Assembly: GCA_965217265.1 (NCBI GenBank)
Contig: CBDCHP010000013.1
Coordinates: 61,709-125,708, forward strand
Direction: 5' to 3'
Source: Geminicoccaceae bacterium
GTDB taxonomy: Bacteria > Pseudomonadota > Alphaproteobacteria > Geminicoccales > Geminicoccaceae
DNA: 64,000 nt
Shown: positions 8,794 through 19,630 of the stretch, piece by piece
Layout: the number at the start of each line of letters is the position of its first letter
How positions within the stretch are numbered: position 1 is the stretch's first letter
Position numbers and translations under genes: made by a program
Notes under the pieces: model-generated
The model's input: only the letters and a program-made list of their open reading frames with translations
Databases searched by the model: none
What the model was told of the DNA's origin: nothing

Positions 8794-8865
8794 CGTTATG
8801 GCGAATTATCTGGAGCGTTTTATGCCGGCCGAGTAGGGCAATCGTGCGACAGGGGCGGGCCTAAT

Positions 8866-10956
8866 TCAGGCGTCGACCGTCGTGGTCCGCTTCTTTTCCT
8901 GAAAGACGGGCGGAATCGCTTCGAGGTCGGCCGGCTCGATGTGGCACAAGATGCGGTGGCCGTCGGCGAACTCGCGTAAAGGCGGGAATTCATCCTCGCA
9001 GATCTTACCGATCTTCCTCGGGCAGCGGGTCTGGAAGGGACAGCCGGGCGGCGGATTGACGGCGGACGGGATGTCGCCCTCCAGGACGATGCGCCGCTTC
9101 TCGACGCTCGTGTCGGCGACCGGCACGGCCGAGAGCAGCGCTTCGGTGTACGGGTGGTAGGGAGGGTTGAAGACCTCGTCGGTCGTGCCCTGCTCGGCGA
9201 TGTGACCCAGATACATGACAATGACGCGATCGGCGAGGTAACGGACCAGCGAGAGGTCGTGGCTGATGAAGAGGAGCGTCGTGCGGTTCTCGCGCTGGAT
9301 CTCCATCAACAGTTGCGTCACGGCCGCCTGCACCGAGACGTCGAGGGCGGATACCGGCTCGTCGGCGACGACGACCTTAGGGTTGCCGGCGAACGCGCGG
9401 GCGATGCCGACGCGCTGCTTTTGCCCGCCCGAGAGCTGGCGCGGGCGACGGAGATAAAAGTCGCGCGGCAGCTTGACGAGGTCGAGGAGTTCCATGACCC
9501 GCGCCTTGACCTTGTCCGGGTCCTGCTCGACGTCGAACTTGCGGATGACGCGGGCGATCTGCGAGCCGACCGTGTGGCTCGGGTTGAGCGTGTCGAACGG
9601 GTTTTGGAAGATCATCTGCAGACGGCCCACCATCTGCGGCCTGCGCCGCTGCACCGGCACGTTGGCGACGTCGCGATTGCCGATCACCAAACGGCCCTCG
9701 GTCGCAGTCTCCAGGCCCATCATCACCTTGGCGAACGTCGACTTGCCGCAGCCGGACTCGCCGACCAGCGCCACCGTCTCCGCCTCGGCGGCATCGAAGT
9801 CGAGCCGCTCGTTGGCCTTCACCGTCTTGACGGTCTCGCCCTTGATCATGGCGCCGAGCGAGCGGTTGGTGATGTCGTAATATTTCTTCAATCGGTCGAC
9901 TTCGAGGACGCGGTCGCCGAGTTGCACCGGCTCGGCGACGTCCAGGTCCTCCTCGATCGCCCCCCAGGGGATCTCCTCGATGCGCACGCAGCGGCTGTGG
10001 TGGTCGTGGGTGCCGGCGTTCAGCATCGGGATCGGCCCGGCGTCGCAGCGCCCGGCCGCGAAGAAATCGCAGCGCGGGCCGAAATTGCAGCCCACGGGCC
10101 GCTCGTGCGGCAAGGGCAGTTGGCCCCGGATCGGGACTAGCGGCCGGGAATTCTTGTCCGCACTCGGCAGCGGGATCGAGCGGAACAAGCCGCGCGTGTA
10201 GGGGTGGCGCATGGCGTTGAAGACGTCGGGGACGGTGCCGTCCTCGACCGCCTCGCCCGAGTACATGACGGTGATCCGATCGCACGTCTCGCGGATCAGG
10301 CCCAGATTGTGCGAGATGTAGATCATGCCGGTGTTGAACCGGGACGCGATCTCGCGGATCAGCTCGACGATGCCGGCCTCGACGGTGACGTCCAAGGCCG
10401 TCGTCGGCTCGTCGAGCAGGAGGAGCGAGGGACCAGAGAGGAGCGCCATCGCGATCACGACGCGCTGCTGCTGTCCGCCCGAGATCTGGTGCGGGTAGGC
10501 ATCCATGATCCGCCTAGGGTCAGGCAGCTTGACGTCGGCCAGCATCGCCAGGGCGCGCTCAAAGGCCTCCTTCTCGCCGACGTTCTCGTGGTGGAGCGGC
10601 ACCTCCATCAACTGGTCCTTGATCCGCATGGCGGGGTTCAAGGACGCCATCGGCTCCTGATAGACCATGGCGATCTTGGAGCCGCGCAGCTGCCGCAGTT
10701 CGGCCCCGCGCATCGCGCGCATGTCGCGGCCCATGAAGCGCAACTCGCCGCCCATGATGCGGCCGTTCTTGCCTAAGTACTGCATGATGGCGAGCGCCAC
10801 CGTCGACTTGCCGCAGCCGGATTCGCCGACGATGCCGACCGCCTCGCCGGCGTGGACCGTCAGGTTGAAATCGGCCACGGCCGGAATCTCGCCCGCCCTT
10901 GTGAAGTAGGAGATTGAGAGGTCCTTGCATTCGAGGACCGGGGTCGACGTGTCCAT
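8866..10956 (-). CDS. ABC transporter ATP-binding protein, fused double ATPase (DppD/DppF-like, peptide/nickel/opine family)
   Basis: Starts MDTSTPVLECKDLSISY at ATG 10956 behind a GAGGA RBS. Two Walker A motifs (GESGCGKST twice), two signature motifs (ISGGQQQR, LSGGQKQR) and oligopeptide-type C-terminal extensions. The upstream part of the 1052-aa ORF in the track is read-through over the permease gene. Confidence 0.9.
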   Translation of the reverse strand: MDTSTPVLECKDLSISYFTRAGEIPAVADFNLTVHAGEAVGIVGESGCGKSTVALAIMQYLGKNGRIMGGELRFMGRDMRAMRGAELRQLRGSKIAMVYQEPMASLNPAMRIKDQLMEVPLHHENVGEKEAFERALAMLADVKLPDPRRIMDAYPHQISGGQQQRVVIAMALLSGPSLLLLDEPTTALDVTVEAGIVELIREIASRFNTGMIYISHNLGLIRETCDRITVMYSGEAVEDGTVPDVFNAMRHPYTRGLFRSIPLPSADKNSRPLVPIRGQLPLPHERPVGCNFGPRCDFFAAGRCDAGPIPMLNAGTHDHHSRCVRIEEIPWGAIEEDLDVAEPVQLGDRVLEVDRLKKYYDITNRSLGAMIKGETVKTVKANERLDFDAAEAETVALVGESGCGKSTFAKVMMGLETATEGRLVIGNRDVANVPVQRRRPQMVGRLQMIFQNPFDTLNPSHTVGSQIARVIRKFDVEQDPDKVKARVMELLDLVKLPRDFYLRRPRQLSGGQKQRVGIARAFAGNPKVVVADEPVSALDVSVQAAVTQLLMEIQRENRTTLLFISHDLSLVRYLADRVIVMYLGHIAEQGTTDEVFNPPYHPYTEALLSAVPVADTSVEKRRIVLEGDIPSAVNPPPGCPFQTRCPRKIGKICEDEFPPLREFADGHRILCHIEPADLEAIPPVFQEKKRTTTVDA

Positions 10957-10970
10957 GGGTTCGATCCTCG

Positions 10971-12002
10971 TCAGTCGCGCAGGCTGATCTCGCGCAGTCC
11001 GTCGGCGAGCAGGTTGAAGCCCAAGATGAGCGTCGAGACGGCAAGGGCCGGGATGATCAGCATGTAGGAGAACTGAAACAGCATCGCCGTCTTGGCGCTC
11101 TCCTTGATCATCAGTCCCCAGTCGGCGTCGGGCGGCTGCAGGCCGAGGCCCAAGAAGGTGAGCGTCGTGATGGCGACGGTCGTGTAGCCTAGGCGCAGGC
11201 AAGCATCGACGATGATCGGGCCGCGCACGTTGGGCAGGAGTTCGAGCAGCATGATGTACCACGGGCTCTCGCCCCTGGTCTGGGCGGCAAAGACGTAGTC
11301 GCGCGTCTTGATGTCGAGGGTGAGGCCGCGCACGATGCGCATGATGGCGGGCGCCGAGGCGAAGGTGACGGCGATGACGATGTTGAAGCCGCTGGGCCCG
11401 AGATAGTTCAAGATGACGATGAACAAGACCATCACCGGAAACGAGAGCAGCACGTTGCCCAAGAAGGTGATGACCTCGTCCCACCAGCCCGACAGGTAGC
11501 CCGCGATCAGGCCGAACGCCGTGCCGACGACGTAGGCGACGGCCGTCGCGGAGACGCCCCAGACGATGACCCGCTGGCAGCCCCAGATCGTGCGCGAGAG
11601 CATGTCGCGGCCCTTGTAGTCGGTGCCGAGCCAAAAGAAGGTCTCGCCGGTGCGATCGTAGCTGAACGGGGTGGTGAAGGGGGCAATCGGCTTGTTCGGG
11701 TCCATGAGCGGCAAGAACGGCGCCGTGACCGCCATCAACAGCCAGAAGAAGACGAGCGTGACGCCGATGAGCGCGATCCAGGACTCGCGCCAAGCGTGGA
11801 CGGCGAGCCCGTAGAGGATCAGCGTCGCCGGGATCGCCGGGAGCAGGATCAGGTTTTGTAGAACGCCCAACCCCCGCCCGGCCATGACGTGCAGCATCAA
11901 GGGCACCCACATGAGGAGCAAGAGGACGATCAGGCTGCGCGGGGTACTGAGCCGCTGGCGCCAGGAGAGCGCTGGTGCCGTGTCGACGGTGGCGACGGCC
12001 AT
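10971..12002 (-). CDS. ABC transporter permease (DppC/OppC-like)
   Basis: 343-aa polytopic membrane protein in an operon with an SBP, a second permease and the ATPase. The C-terminus ...LADGLREISLRD is typical of DppC-type permeases. Confidence 0.85.
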   Translation of the reverse strand: MAVATVDTAPALSWRQRLSTPRSLIVLLLLMWVPLMLHVMAGRGLGVLQNLILLPAIPATLILYGLAVHAWRESWIALIGVTLVFFWLLMAVTAPFLPLMDPNKPIAPFTTPFSYDRTGETFFWLGTDYKGRDMLSRTIWGCQRVIVWGVSATAVAYVVGTAFGLIAGYLSGWWDEVITFLGNVLLSFPVMVLFIVILNYLGPSGFNIVIAVTFASAPAIMRIVRGLTLDIKTRDYVFAAQTRGESPWYIMLLELLPNVRGPIIVDACLRLGYTTVAITTLTFLGLGLQPPDADWGLMIKESAKTAMLFQFSYMLIIPALAVSTLILGFNLLADGLREISLRD

Positions 12003-12016
12003 CTAGCCTCTCCTTC

Positions 12017-12967
12017 TCATGCAAAACGGATGCGCGGGTTGAGGACGGTATAGCCGATGTCCGAGATGATCTGCGAGAGGACCGCGATCATCACGGCGAC
12101 TAGCGTGCAGGCTTGAACGACGTAGATGTCGCCGAACAGAGCCGCTTCGAGCAGGAGCTTGCCAAAACCATCGTACTCGAAGAACACCTCGACGACGACG
12201 ACGCCCGAGAGCAGCCAGTTGAGCTGCAAGACGATGATGGTGAAGGGCGCGATCAGCGCGTTACGTAGCGCGTGGCGCATGATGACGCGCTGAAACGGCA
12301 GGCCCTTCAAGACGGCGGTGCGGATGTACTGCGAGGTCATGACCTCGGCCATCGAGGCGCGGGTCATGCGCGCGACGTAGCCGAAATCGTAGATCACCAA
12401 CGTCAGGACCGGCAGGATCACCTGCCGCCAGTCGAAGCCGCCGATCATCGCCGACTTGGCCGGCAGCCAGCCGAGCCCGAGGGCGAAGACGACGGTGAGC
12501 AGGATCGCCGTCGCGATCTCGGGGATCGAGGTGGTGAAGACGGCAATGAAGCTCAAACTTCGATCGAGCGCCGAGCCCTCGCGCATCCCGGCCAAGACAC
12601 CGAGTGTCAGCGAGAGCGGGATCATCAAGGCGAAGACGCAAAGGCCTAAGATTCCAGTGTTGATCAGCCGGTCGACGATCAACTGACTGACGGCAGTGTT
12701 CTTCTCGTAGGACATCCCGAGATCGCCGGTGGCGACGTCGCCGAGCCACGTCGCGTAGCGCTCGTAGAACGGCACGTTCAGGCCCTTGGACTCGAGCCAC
12801 GCCTGATAGTCGGCCTCGGAGAGCGCCGAGACGGCGAAGCCGCCGAGTTCGGCGACGGCGGTCTTGCGTTTGAACTCGTCGGTGTCGAAGATGATGAACA
12901 GGAGGAACGACGCGACCAGGATGATCAGCACCATCTGCACAAGGCGCCGCAGGATCAAGATCGCCAT
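12017..12967 (-). CDS. ABC transporter permease (DppB/OppB-like)
   Basis: 316 aa. N-terminal MAILILRRLVQMVLIILVASFLLF and C-terminal DIGYTVLNPRIRFA are DppB-type hallmarks. Confidence 0.85.
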   Translation of the reverse strand: MAILILRRLVQMVLIILVASFLLFIIFDTDEFKRKTAVAELGGFAVSALSEADYQAWLESKGLNVPFYERYATWLGDVATGDLGMSYEKNTAVSQLIVDRLINTGILGLCVFALMIPLSLTLGVLAGMREGSALDRSLSFIAVFTTSIPEIATAILLTVVFALGLGWLPAKSAMIGGFDWRQVILPVLTLVIYDFGYVARMTRASMAEVMTSQYIRTAVLKGLPFQRVIMRHALRNALIAPFTIIVLQLNWLLSGVVVVEVFFEYDGFGKLLLEAALFGDIYVVQACTLVAVMIAVLSQIISDIGYTVLNPRIRFA

Positions 12968-13054
12968 GCCGCTTCGTCCCCCGTTCTCGTCGTTCTTGGC
13001 GGACCCACCCGTCCGCGATACCGCTGCACCGGGCGTCGGCGCCCGTCGATCAAA

Positions 13055-14737
13055 CTAGCCGCTGAGCCAGACCTTGTTGAACTGGTGAACCTGCGCCGGA
13101 TGGCCGTGCCAATCCTGGACACGCTCGTTGACGATCGTGAAGACCGGCCGCCACAGCGGCTGCACCATCACGGCCGCGTCCTGCAGGATTGTCTCGACGC
13201 GCTCCATCGCTTGGCGCCGCTCCTCGACGTCGAGGAGCGCCTCCGCCTCGTTCAGCGCTTGGTCGAACGCCGCGTCGGTAAAGTGGCTGTCGTTCCAGGG
13301 CACTCCTGTCCGGTACGCGAGCGACAGCGCCTGCGTGCCCAGCGGGCGGTGCGCCCAGGACGTGGCGCCGAACGGCGTCTGGGTCCAGATCTCCCAGTAC
13401 TTCGACGCCGGTATGACGTTGATGTTGAGCCGAATGCCGGCCTCGCCCAACTGGTCGCGCAAGAGTTCGCAGGCCGCCTGCTGCCACGTCCCGTTCGTGT
13501 TGCCGACGTCGATGGTCAGTTCCAGCCCGTCGCCGTGCCCGGCCTCTTCGAGCAGCGCCTTCGCCGCCTCGACGTTGCGCGCCTGCTTGGGCAATCGGAA
13601 GTACTCGGGATGGATCGGCGACACGTGGTAGTTCTCGCCGACGTCGCCCTTGCCCTGGTAGACGAGCGTCGGGAAGACGTCGTTGTCGCTCGCCTTGACG
13701 ATCGCTCGGCGCACCTTGACGTCGTCGAAGGGGGCCTGATCGACCTGCATGCGAAAGCACAAGGTCTGTGCCGTGCGGATCTCGATGACCCGCCCCGGCA
13801 GGGCCTCGGCCAGCGCGATCTGTTCGAGGCCGAACTCGTAGATCGCATCGACGTCGCCCGTGGCGAACGCGGTCAACTGGTTGTCGGTCGCGAAGTCATA
13901 GTAGTGGATCTCGTCGAGGTAGGGCGCGTCGCCCCAGTAGGTGAACGGCTCGCCGTTCGTGGTCTCGGTAATGCGCTTGAGAATGCAGCGGTCGCCCACG
14001 GCCAACTCGGCCAGCGTGTAGGCGCCGGTGCCGATCGGGTTGTCGGAGAACGGCGGCACGAAGCTCGGGTGCAGGATCGCCGTCGGATACTCGTACAGGT
14101 CCTCGGGCACCGAGAGGACGGGCTTGCTCAGGCGAAAGACGATCGTGTGGCTGTCCGTCACCTCGACCGCCCCGTCGCGCACCGCCTTCGCGTCGCCGTC
14201 GTCCTCGACCATGGCCGCGAATGTCGACAGGCTGCGGTTGGACGAGCCCAAGGCGGGGTCGAGCCAGCGGTCGATATTCCACTTAACGTGCTCGGCGGTC
14301 AGTTCCTCGCCGTTGTGCCACATGACCCCTTTGCGGATCTTCAAGGTCCACACCGTCAGGTCGTCGTTCGGCTCCCAACTCTCGGCCAGCATCGGGTGGG
14401 TGATGTTGTTCGGGTCGATGATCGTCAGATACTCGGCAGTGTGCCGAGTCTGGTTCGACATCTCCGTCCAGGAATAGGTCGCGGGATCGTCCATCTTCTG
14501 GACCTGCATCGCCACCTTGAGGATCCCGCCCTTCTGCGGTGCGGCGTCCTGCGCTCGGGCCTCGGGCACGACGCCCTCGCCCAGGATCCGCCCCGCCATC
14601 GCGTAGGCGGCGGGTGCAGCGACGCCCAAGAGCGTCACGCCGCGCAAAAAGTCGCGGCGGCCGCAGCGGCCCGAGGCCAACTGCTCTCCTAAGATCGCGA
14701 CGCGCGGGTGCTGCCTTCGTTCGCTGCGGAACATCAA
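13055..14737 (-). CDS. ABC transporter substrate-binding protein, family 5, Tat signal
   Basis: RRDFLRGVTLLGVAAPAAYAMA twin-arginine signal. Length (560 aa) and operon position fit a peptide/nickel/opine SBP. Confidence 0.85.
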   Translation of the reverse strand: MMFRSERRQHPRVAILGEQLASGRCGRRDFLRGVTLLGVAAPAAYAMAGRILGEGVVPEARAQDAAPQKGGILKVAMQVQKMDDPATYSWTEMSNQTRHTAEYLTIIDPNNITHPMLAESWEPNDDLTVWTLKIRKGVMWHNGEELTAEHVKWNIDRWLDPALGSSNRSLSTFAAMVEDDGDAKAVRDGAVEVTDSHTIVFRLSKPVLSVPEDLYEYPTAILHPSFVPPFSDNPIGTGAYTLAELAVGDRCILKRITETTNGEPFTYWGDAPYLDEIHYYDFATDNQLTAFATGDVDAIYEFGLEQIALAEALPGRVIEIRTAQTLCFRMQVDQAPFDDVKVRRAIVKASDNDVFPTLVYQGKGDVGENYHVSPIHPEYFRLPKQARNVEAAKALLEEAGHGDGLELTIDVGNTNGTWQQAACELLRDQLGEAGIRLNINVIPASKYWEIWTQTPFGATSWAHRPLGTQALSLAYRTGVPWNDSHFTDAAFDQALNEAEALLDVEERRQAMERVETILQDAAVMVQPLWRPVFTIVNERVQDWHGHPAQVHQFNKVWLSG

Positions 14738-14834
14738 GGATCCTTGTCTTGCGTATAGGCGAGGACAGCCGCCTTGAATGCCGCGCGGGCGATGGGCGAG
14801 GCATCAAACGCCCCCGCCCCTGTTTCGCGTCGCC

Positions 14835-16580
14835 TCAGGCGCTGACCCAGACCTTGTTGAACTGGTGGTACTGCGTCGGGTGGCCTTCGTAGTTCTGCAC
14901 CCGCTCGGCGGCAATGGTGAACACCGGCCGCCAGATCGGCATGATCATGATCGCGTCGTCCTGCATGATCTTCTCGACCTTCTCCACCAAGGCCGTGCGC
15001 TTCTCGACGTCGATCTCGGACTCGGCCGCGTCCAGGGCCGCTTCATACTCGGGGTTATCGTAGTGGGTCTCGTTCCAGGGCGTGCCGGCACGGTAGCCGA
15101 GCGACATCACCTGCGTGCCTAAGGGCCGGTGCGTCCAGGCGGTGGCGCCGAACGGCGTCTTGTCCCAGATCTCCCAGTACTTCGACGGCGGCATGACGTT
15201 GATGTTGAGCCTGATGTCCGCCTCTTGCATCTGGTCGCGCAGCACCTCGCACACCGTCTGGTGCCACGGCCCGTCGGTGTTGCCAACGTTGATCGTCAGT
15301 TCCAGCCCGCCGCCGTGGCCGGCCTCTTCGAGCAGCGCCTTGGCCGCCTCGACGTCGCGCTCCAGGGGCGGCAGCGGGAAGTATTCGGGGTGAACCGGGG
15401 CGACGTGGTGGTTCTCGCCGACGTCGCCCTTGCCCTGGAAAACGAGGTTCGGGATGACCGAGTTGTCGACCGCCTTCACGATCGCTTGGCGTACCTTGAG
15501 ATCGTCGAAGGGCGCTTGATCGATCTGCATCCGACAGCACAGGCACTGGCCCGAGCGCGTCTCGATGATCTTGCCCGGCAGGGCCTCGGCCAACTGGTAC
15601 TGCTCGATGCCGAACTCGTAGATCGTATCGACGTCGCCCGAGGCGAACGCGGTCAACTGGTTGTCTTCGTCGAAATTGTAGTAGTGGATCTCGTCGAGGT
15701 AGGGCGCCTCGTCCCAGTAGGTGAAGGGCTGGCCGTCAGTCGTCTCGGTGATGCGCGTCAAGATGCAGCGCTGACCGACCTGCAACTCGGCCAGCGTGTA
15801 GGCGCCGGTGCCGATCGGGTTGTCGGACAGAGGCGCTTTGAAGCTCGGGTGCAAGATCGCGGTCGGATAGTTGTACAGGTCTTCGGGCACCGAGAGGACC
15901 GGCTTGGTAAGCTTGAGCTTGATCGTCATGTCGTCAACGACCTCGACGGCACCGTCGCGCATTCGCTTGTTGCCGTCGCCCGCGTCCTCCAGCATGGCGG
16001 CGAAGGTGGACAGGCCGACGTTGGACGAGGCCAAGGCCGGGTCGAGCCAGCGCTCGATGTTCCATACAACGTGCTCGGCCTTGAGCGTCTCGCCGTTGTG
16101 CCACATGACATTCGGGCGGATCCGAAAAGTCCACTCGGTCAGATCGTCGTTCGGCTCCCAGCCCTCGGCCAGCATCGGGTGGGTGATGTTTTCGCGGTCG
16201 GTGATCGTCAGGTACTCGACGGTGTGCCGGGCTTGGTTCGACATCTCGACCCAGGAGAAGGTCGCCGGATCCTCCATCTTTTGGATCTGCATCGCCACCT
16301 TGAGGATGCCGCCCTTCTGCGGCTCCTGGGCCCGGGCGGCCGGGATCATCGCGCCCTCGCCGAGGATGCGACCGGCCATGCCATAGGCGATCGGGGCCGA
16401 GACGCCGAGCAGGCAGGCCGTGCGTAAGAACTCGCGCCGGCCGCAGCGGCCCTCGCGTAGCTGGTCTTCCATCTTGCCGACGAGCGGGTGGATGCGTTGC
16501 GTTGCCACTTCTCCAACTCCCTTGATTATGCCGACAACGGTTCCCCACGCGGGGACCGTCGCGCTCTCGTGTTGCGGCAA
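14835..16580 (-). CDS. ABC transporter substrate-binding protein, family 5, Tat signal (tandem paralogue of 13055-14737)
   Basis: RREFLRTACLLGVSAPIAYGMA twin-arginine signal. Collinear with the downstream SBP over the whole length, with long nearly identical nucleotide stretches. The exact start is uncertain; similarity to the paralogue begins before the internal Met of GKMEDQL. Confidence 0.8.
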   Translation of the reverse strand: MPQHESATVPAWGTVVGIIKGVGEVATQRIHPLVGKMEDQLREGRCGRREFLRTACLLGVSAPIAYGMAGRILGEGAMIPAARAQEPQKGGILKVAMQIQKMEDPATFSWVEMSNQARHTVEYLTITDRENITHPMLAEGWEPNDDLTEWTFRIRPNVMWHNGETLKAEHVVWNIERWLDPALASSNVGLSTFAAMLEDAGDGNKRMRDGAVEVVDDMTIKLKLTKPVLSVPEDLYNYPTAILHPSFKAPLSDNPIGTGAYTLAELQVGQRCILTRITETTDGQPFTYWDEAPYLDEIHYYNFDEDNQLTAFASGDVDTIYEFGIEQYQLAEALPGKIIETRSGQCLCCRMQIDQAPFDDLKVRQAIVKAVDNSVIPNLVFQGKGDVGENHHVAPVHPEYFPLPPLERDVEAAKALLEEAGHGGGLELTINVGNTDGPWHQTVCEVLRDQMQEADIRLNINVMPPSKYWEIWDKTPFGATAWTHRPLGTQVMSLGYRAGTPWNETHYDNPEYEAALDAAESEIDVEKRTALVEKVEKIMQDDAIMIMPIWRPVFTIAAERVQNYEGHPTQYHQFNKVWVSA

Positions 16581-16677
16581 GGGCCGAAGAAGGCCACCAC
16601 CGGATCGGTGGAAAGCTTAGGACGTCACTCCCCCCCTGTCAAAAGCCCTGTGCCAGAGCTGCGGCAAGGCTCGACGC

Positions 16678-17700
16678 TCAAGATCGGTGCCAACGCGCCG
16701 TTCCTTCGGGCCCCGACTCGCCGCGCACGGAGCCGCGCCGTTCAAGGTAGCGCAGGTGGGCCAGCGTCTCGGCGAGCGCGAAGCCGACCTGCTTGACGTC
16801 CAATTCGCGGGCGTAGAGGCGGGGCATCAGGTCAGCCGCCGTCGTCGGTTCCGCCAGACCTTCGAGGCAGACGCGCAGCCGCCCCTCGTGGTGGCGCTTC
16901 AGGGCGTGGATGCGGCGGTGCAGGCCCTTGAACGGCGCGTCGTGCGAGGGCAGCACCAAAATGTCCTCGGGCAGGTCGAGAAAGCCCTCCAGCGAGACGA
17001 GGAAGTCGTCGAGCGGGTCCTTCTCCGGCGTTGTCGGCCATAAGCCGACGACCGGCGAGATGCGCGGCAGGATCTGGTCGGCCGCGATCAGCACGCCCTC
17101 GTCGTCACTGACGAACGCCGTCATCTCGGGCGCGTGGCCGCGGCCGACGCGCACCGTCCAGCGCCTGCCGCCCATCGTGAGCGTGTCACCGGCTTCGAGC
17201 CGCTCGATCTTGATCGGCAAGGGGGTGACGCCCAGCCGGTAGAGGTTGCCGCGCGCCGCCCGTTCCTCGATCAGGGCCGGATCGAGTCCGGCCGCGCGGT
17301 CGTAGGCCATACCGGCCTCGGCGAACGCCTCGCTCGCGTCGAGCGAGAGGGCCCGCGCCGTCAGCCACTCGGTCCGGCTCATGCAGGGCTCGGCGCCCGT
17401 GCGGCGGCAGAGCTCGCCGAACAGGCCGGCGTGGTCGGGGTGGAAGTGGGTGGCGACGATGCGGCGCACCGGCTTGCCGTCGAGCAGCCCGCCGCCGCCG
17501 AGCAGGCCGTCCCAGATCTGGCGGCAGGCGGCGTTCGCCACGCCGGTGTCGATGATCGTCCACCCGTCGGCGTCGTCGAGCAGCCAGACGTTGACGTGGT
17601 CGAGGGCGAACGGCAGCGGCAGCCGCAGCCAGTGGAGATCGTCCAAGAGCGGCACCACGGCGCCCGGCCGCGGCGGTTCGGCGGTGTAGGCTGGCGGCAA
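16678..17700 (-). CDS. MBL-fold metallo-hydrolase
   Basis: HFHPDHAGL metal-binding motif (HxHxDH) and a later PSHD motif; 340 aa. Confidence 0.8.
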   Translation of the reverse strand: MPPAYTAEPPRPGAVVPLLDDLHWLRLPLPFALDHVNVWLLDDADGWTIIDTGVANAACRQIWDGLLGGGGLLDGKPVRRIVATHFHPDHAGLFGELCRRTGAEPCMSRTEWLTARALSLDASEAFAEAGMAYDRAAGLDPALIEERAARGNLYRLGVTPLPIKIERLEAGDTLTMGGRRWTVRVGRGHAPEMTAFVSDDEGVLIAADQILPRISPVVGLWPTTPEKDPLDDFLVSLEGFLDLPEDILVLPSHDAPFKGLHRRIHALKRHHEGRLRVCLEGLAEPTTAADLMPRLYARELDVKQVGFALAETLAHLRYLERRGSVRGESGPEGTARWHRS

Positions 17701-17886
17701 GGGGTAACTCCTCGAAGGTTCGGGTCGGGGGCAGTCGCGGCAAGATACTCACAACCGATGATGTATCATCGTGACTGTTCAAAGGCGCTCGCGGTTGACG
17801 CCGCGTGATGTTAGCGGCGAGGATCGGAGCCTCAGGCCATGGACAGTCAAGCCCCCCAACAATGGGGCAAGGGAAGGATTGACGCG

Positions 17887-19482
<1,596 letters not shown>

Positions 19483-19484
19483 GA

Positions 19485-19630
19485 GAACGCTTCGCGTCCG
19501 CTGCGCGGGGCTTTTTCTTCTTTCTTTTTGCCAGTGTTAACGCAGGGGCTCACCGCGGCGCCGAGGGCCAATCTCGGACAAAGACGAAAAGAGAAAAAAG
19601 AGGCCCCGCGCCAGCGGACGCGAAGCGTTC
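19485..19630 (+). repeat. 146-bp imperfect palindromic intergenic element, copy 1
   Basis: GAACGCTTCGCGTCCGCTGCGCGGGGCTTTTTCTTCTTTCTTTTT ... AAAAGAGAAAAAAGAGGCCCCGCGCCAGCGGACGCGAAGCGTTC. The arms are complementary. It fills the whole spacer between convergent pckA and the 19630-20433 gene. Confidence 0.9.

Noticed and set aside
10957-12024. N-terminal 355-aa extension of the 1052-aa ORF 8866-12024.
   Set aside because: It overlaps the DppC-like permease gene in another frame. The ATPase homology begins at MDTSTPVLECK (ATG 10956), which has its own RBS.
16639-16656. Possible sigma-54 promoter (TGGCAC-N5-TTTTG on the minus strand) upstream of the ABC-transporter operon, near the ntr genes.
   Set aside because: The invariant GC of the -12 element is missing (TTTT instead of TTGC). 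One half-match is not enough.
19485-19630. Lys/Arg-rich peptide fragments in the track that run through the palindromic elements (for example ...[16 protein letters not shown]..., ...RKEKKEAPRQRTRS...).
   Set aside because: They arise from translating the polypurine arms, are not in a consistent frame between copies, and have no start or RBS. The elements are treated as non-coding.
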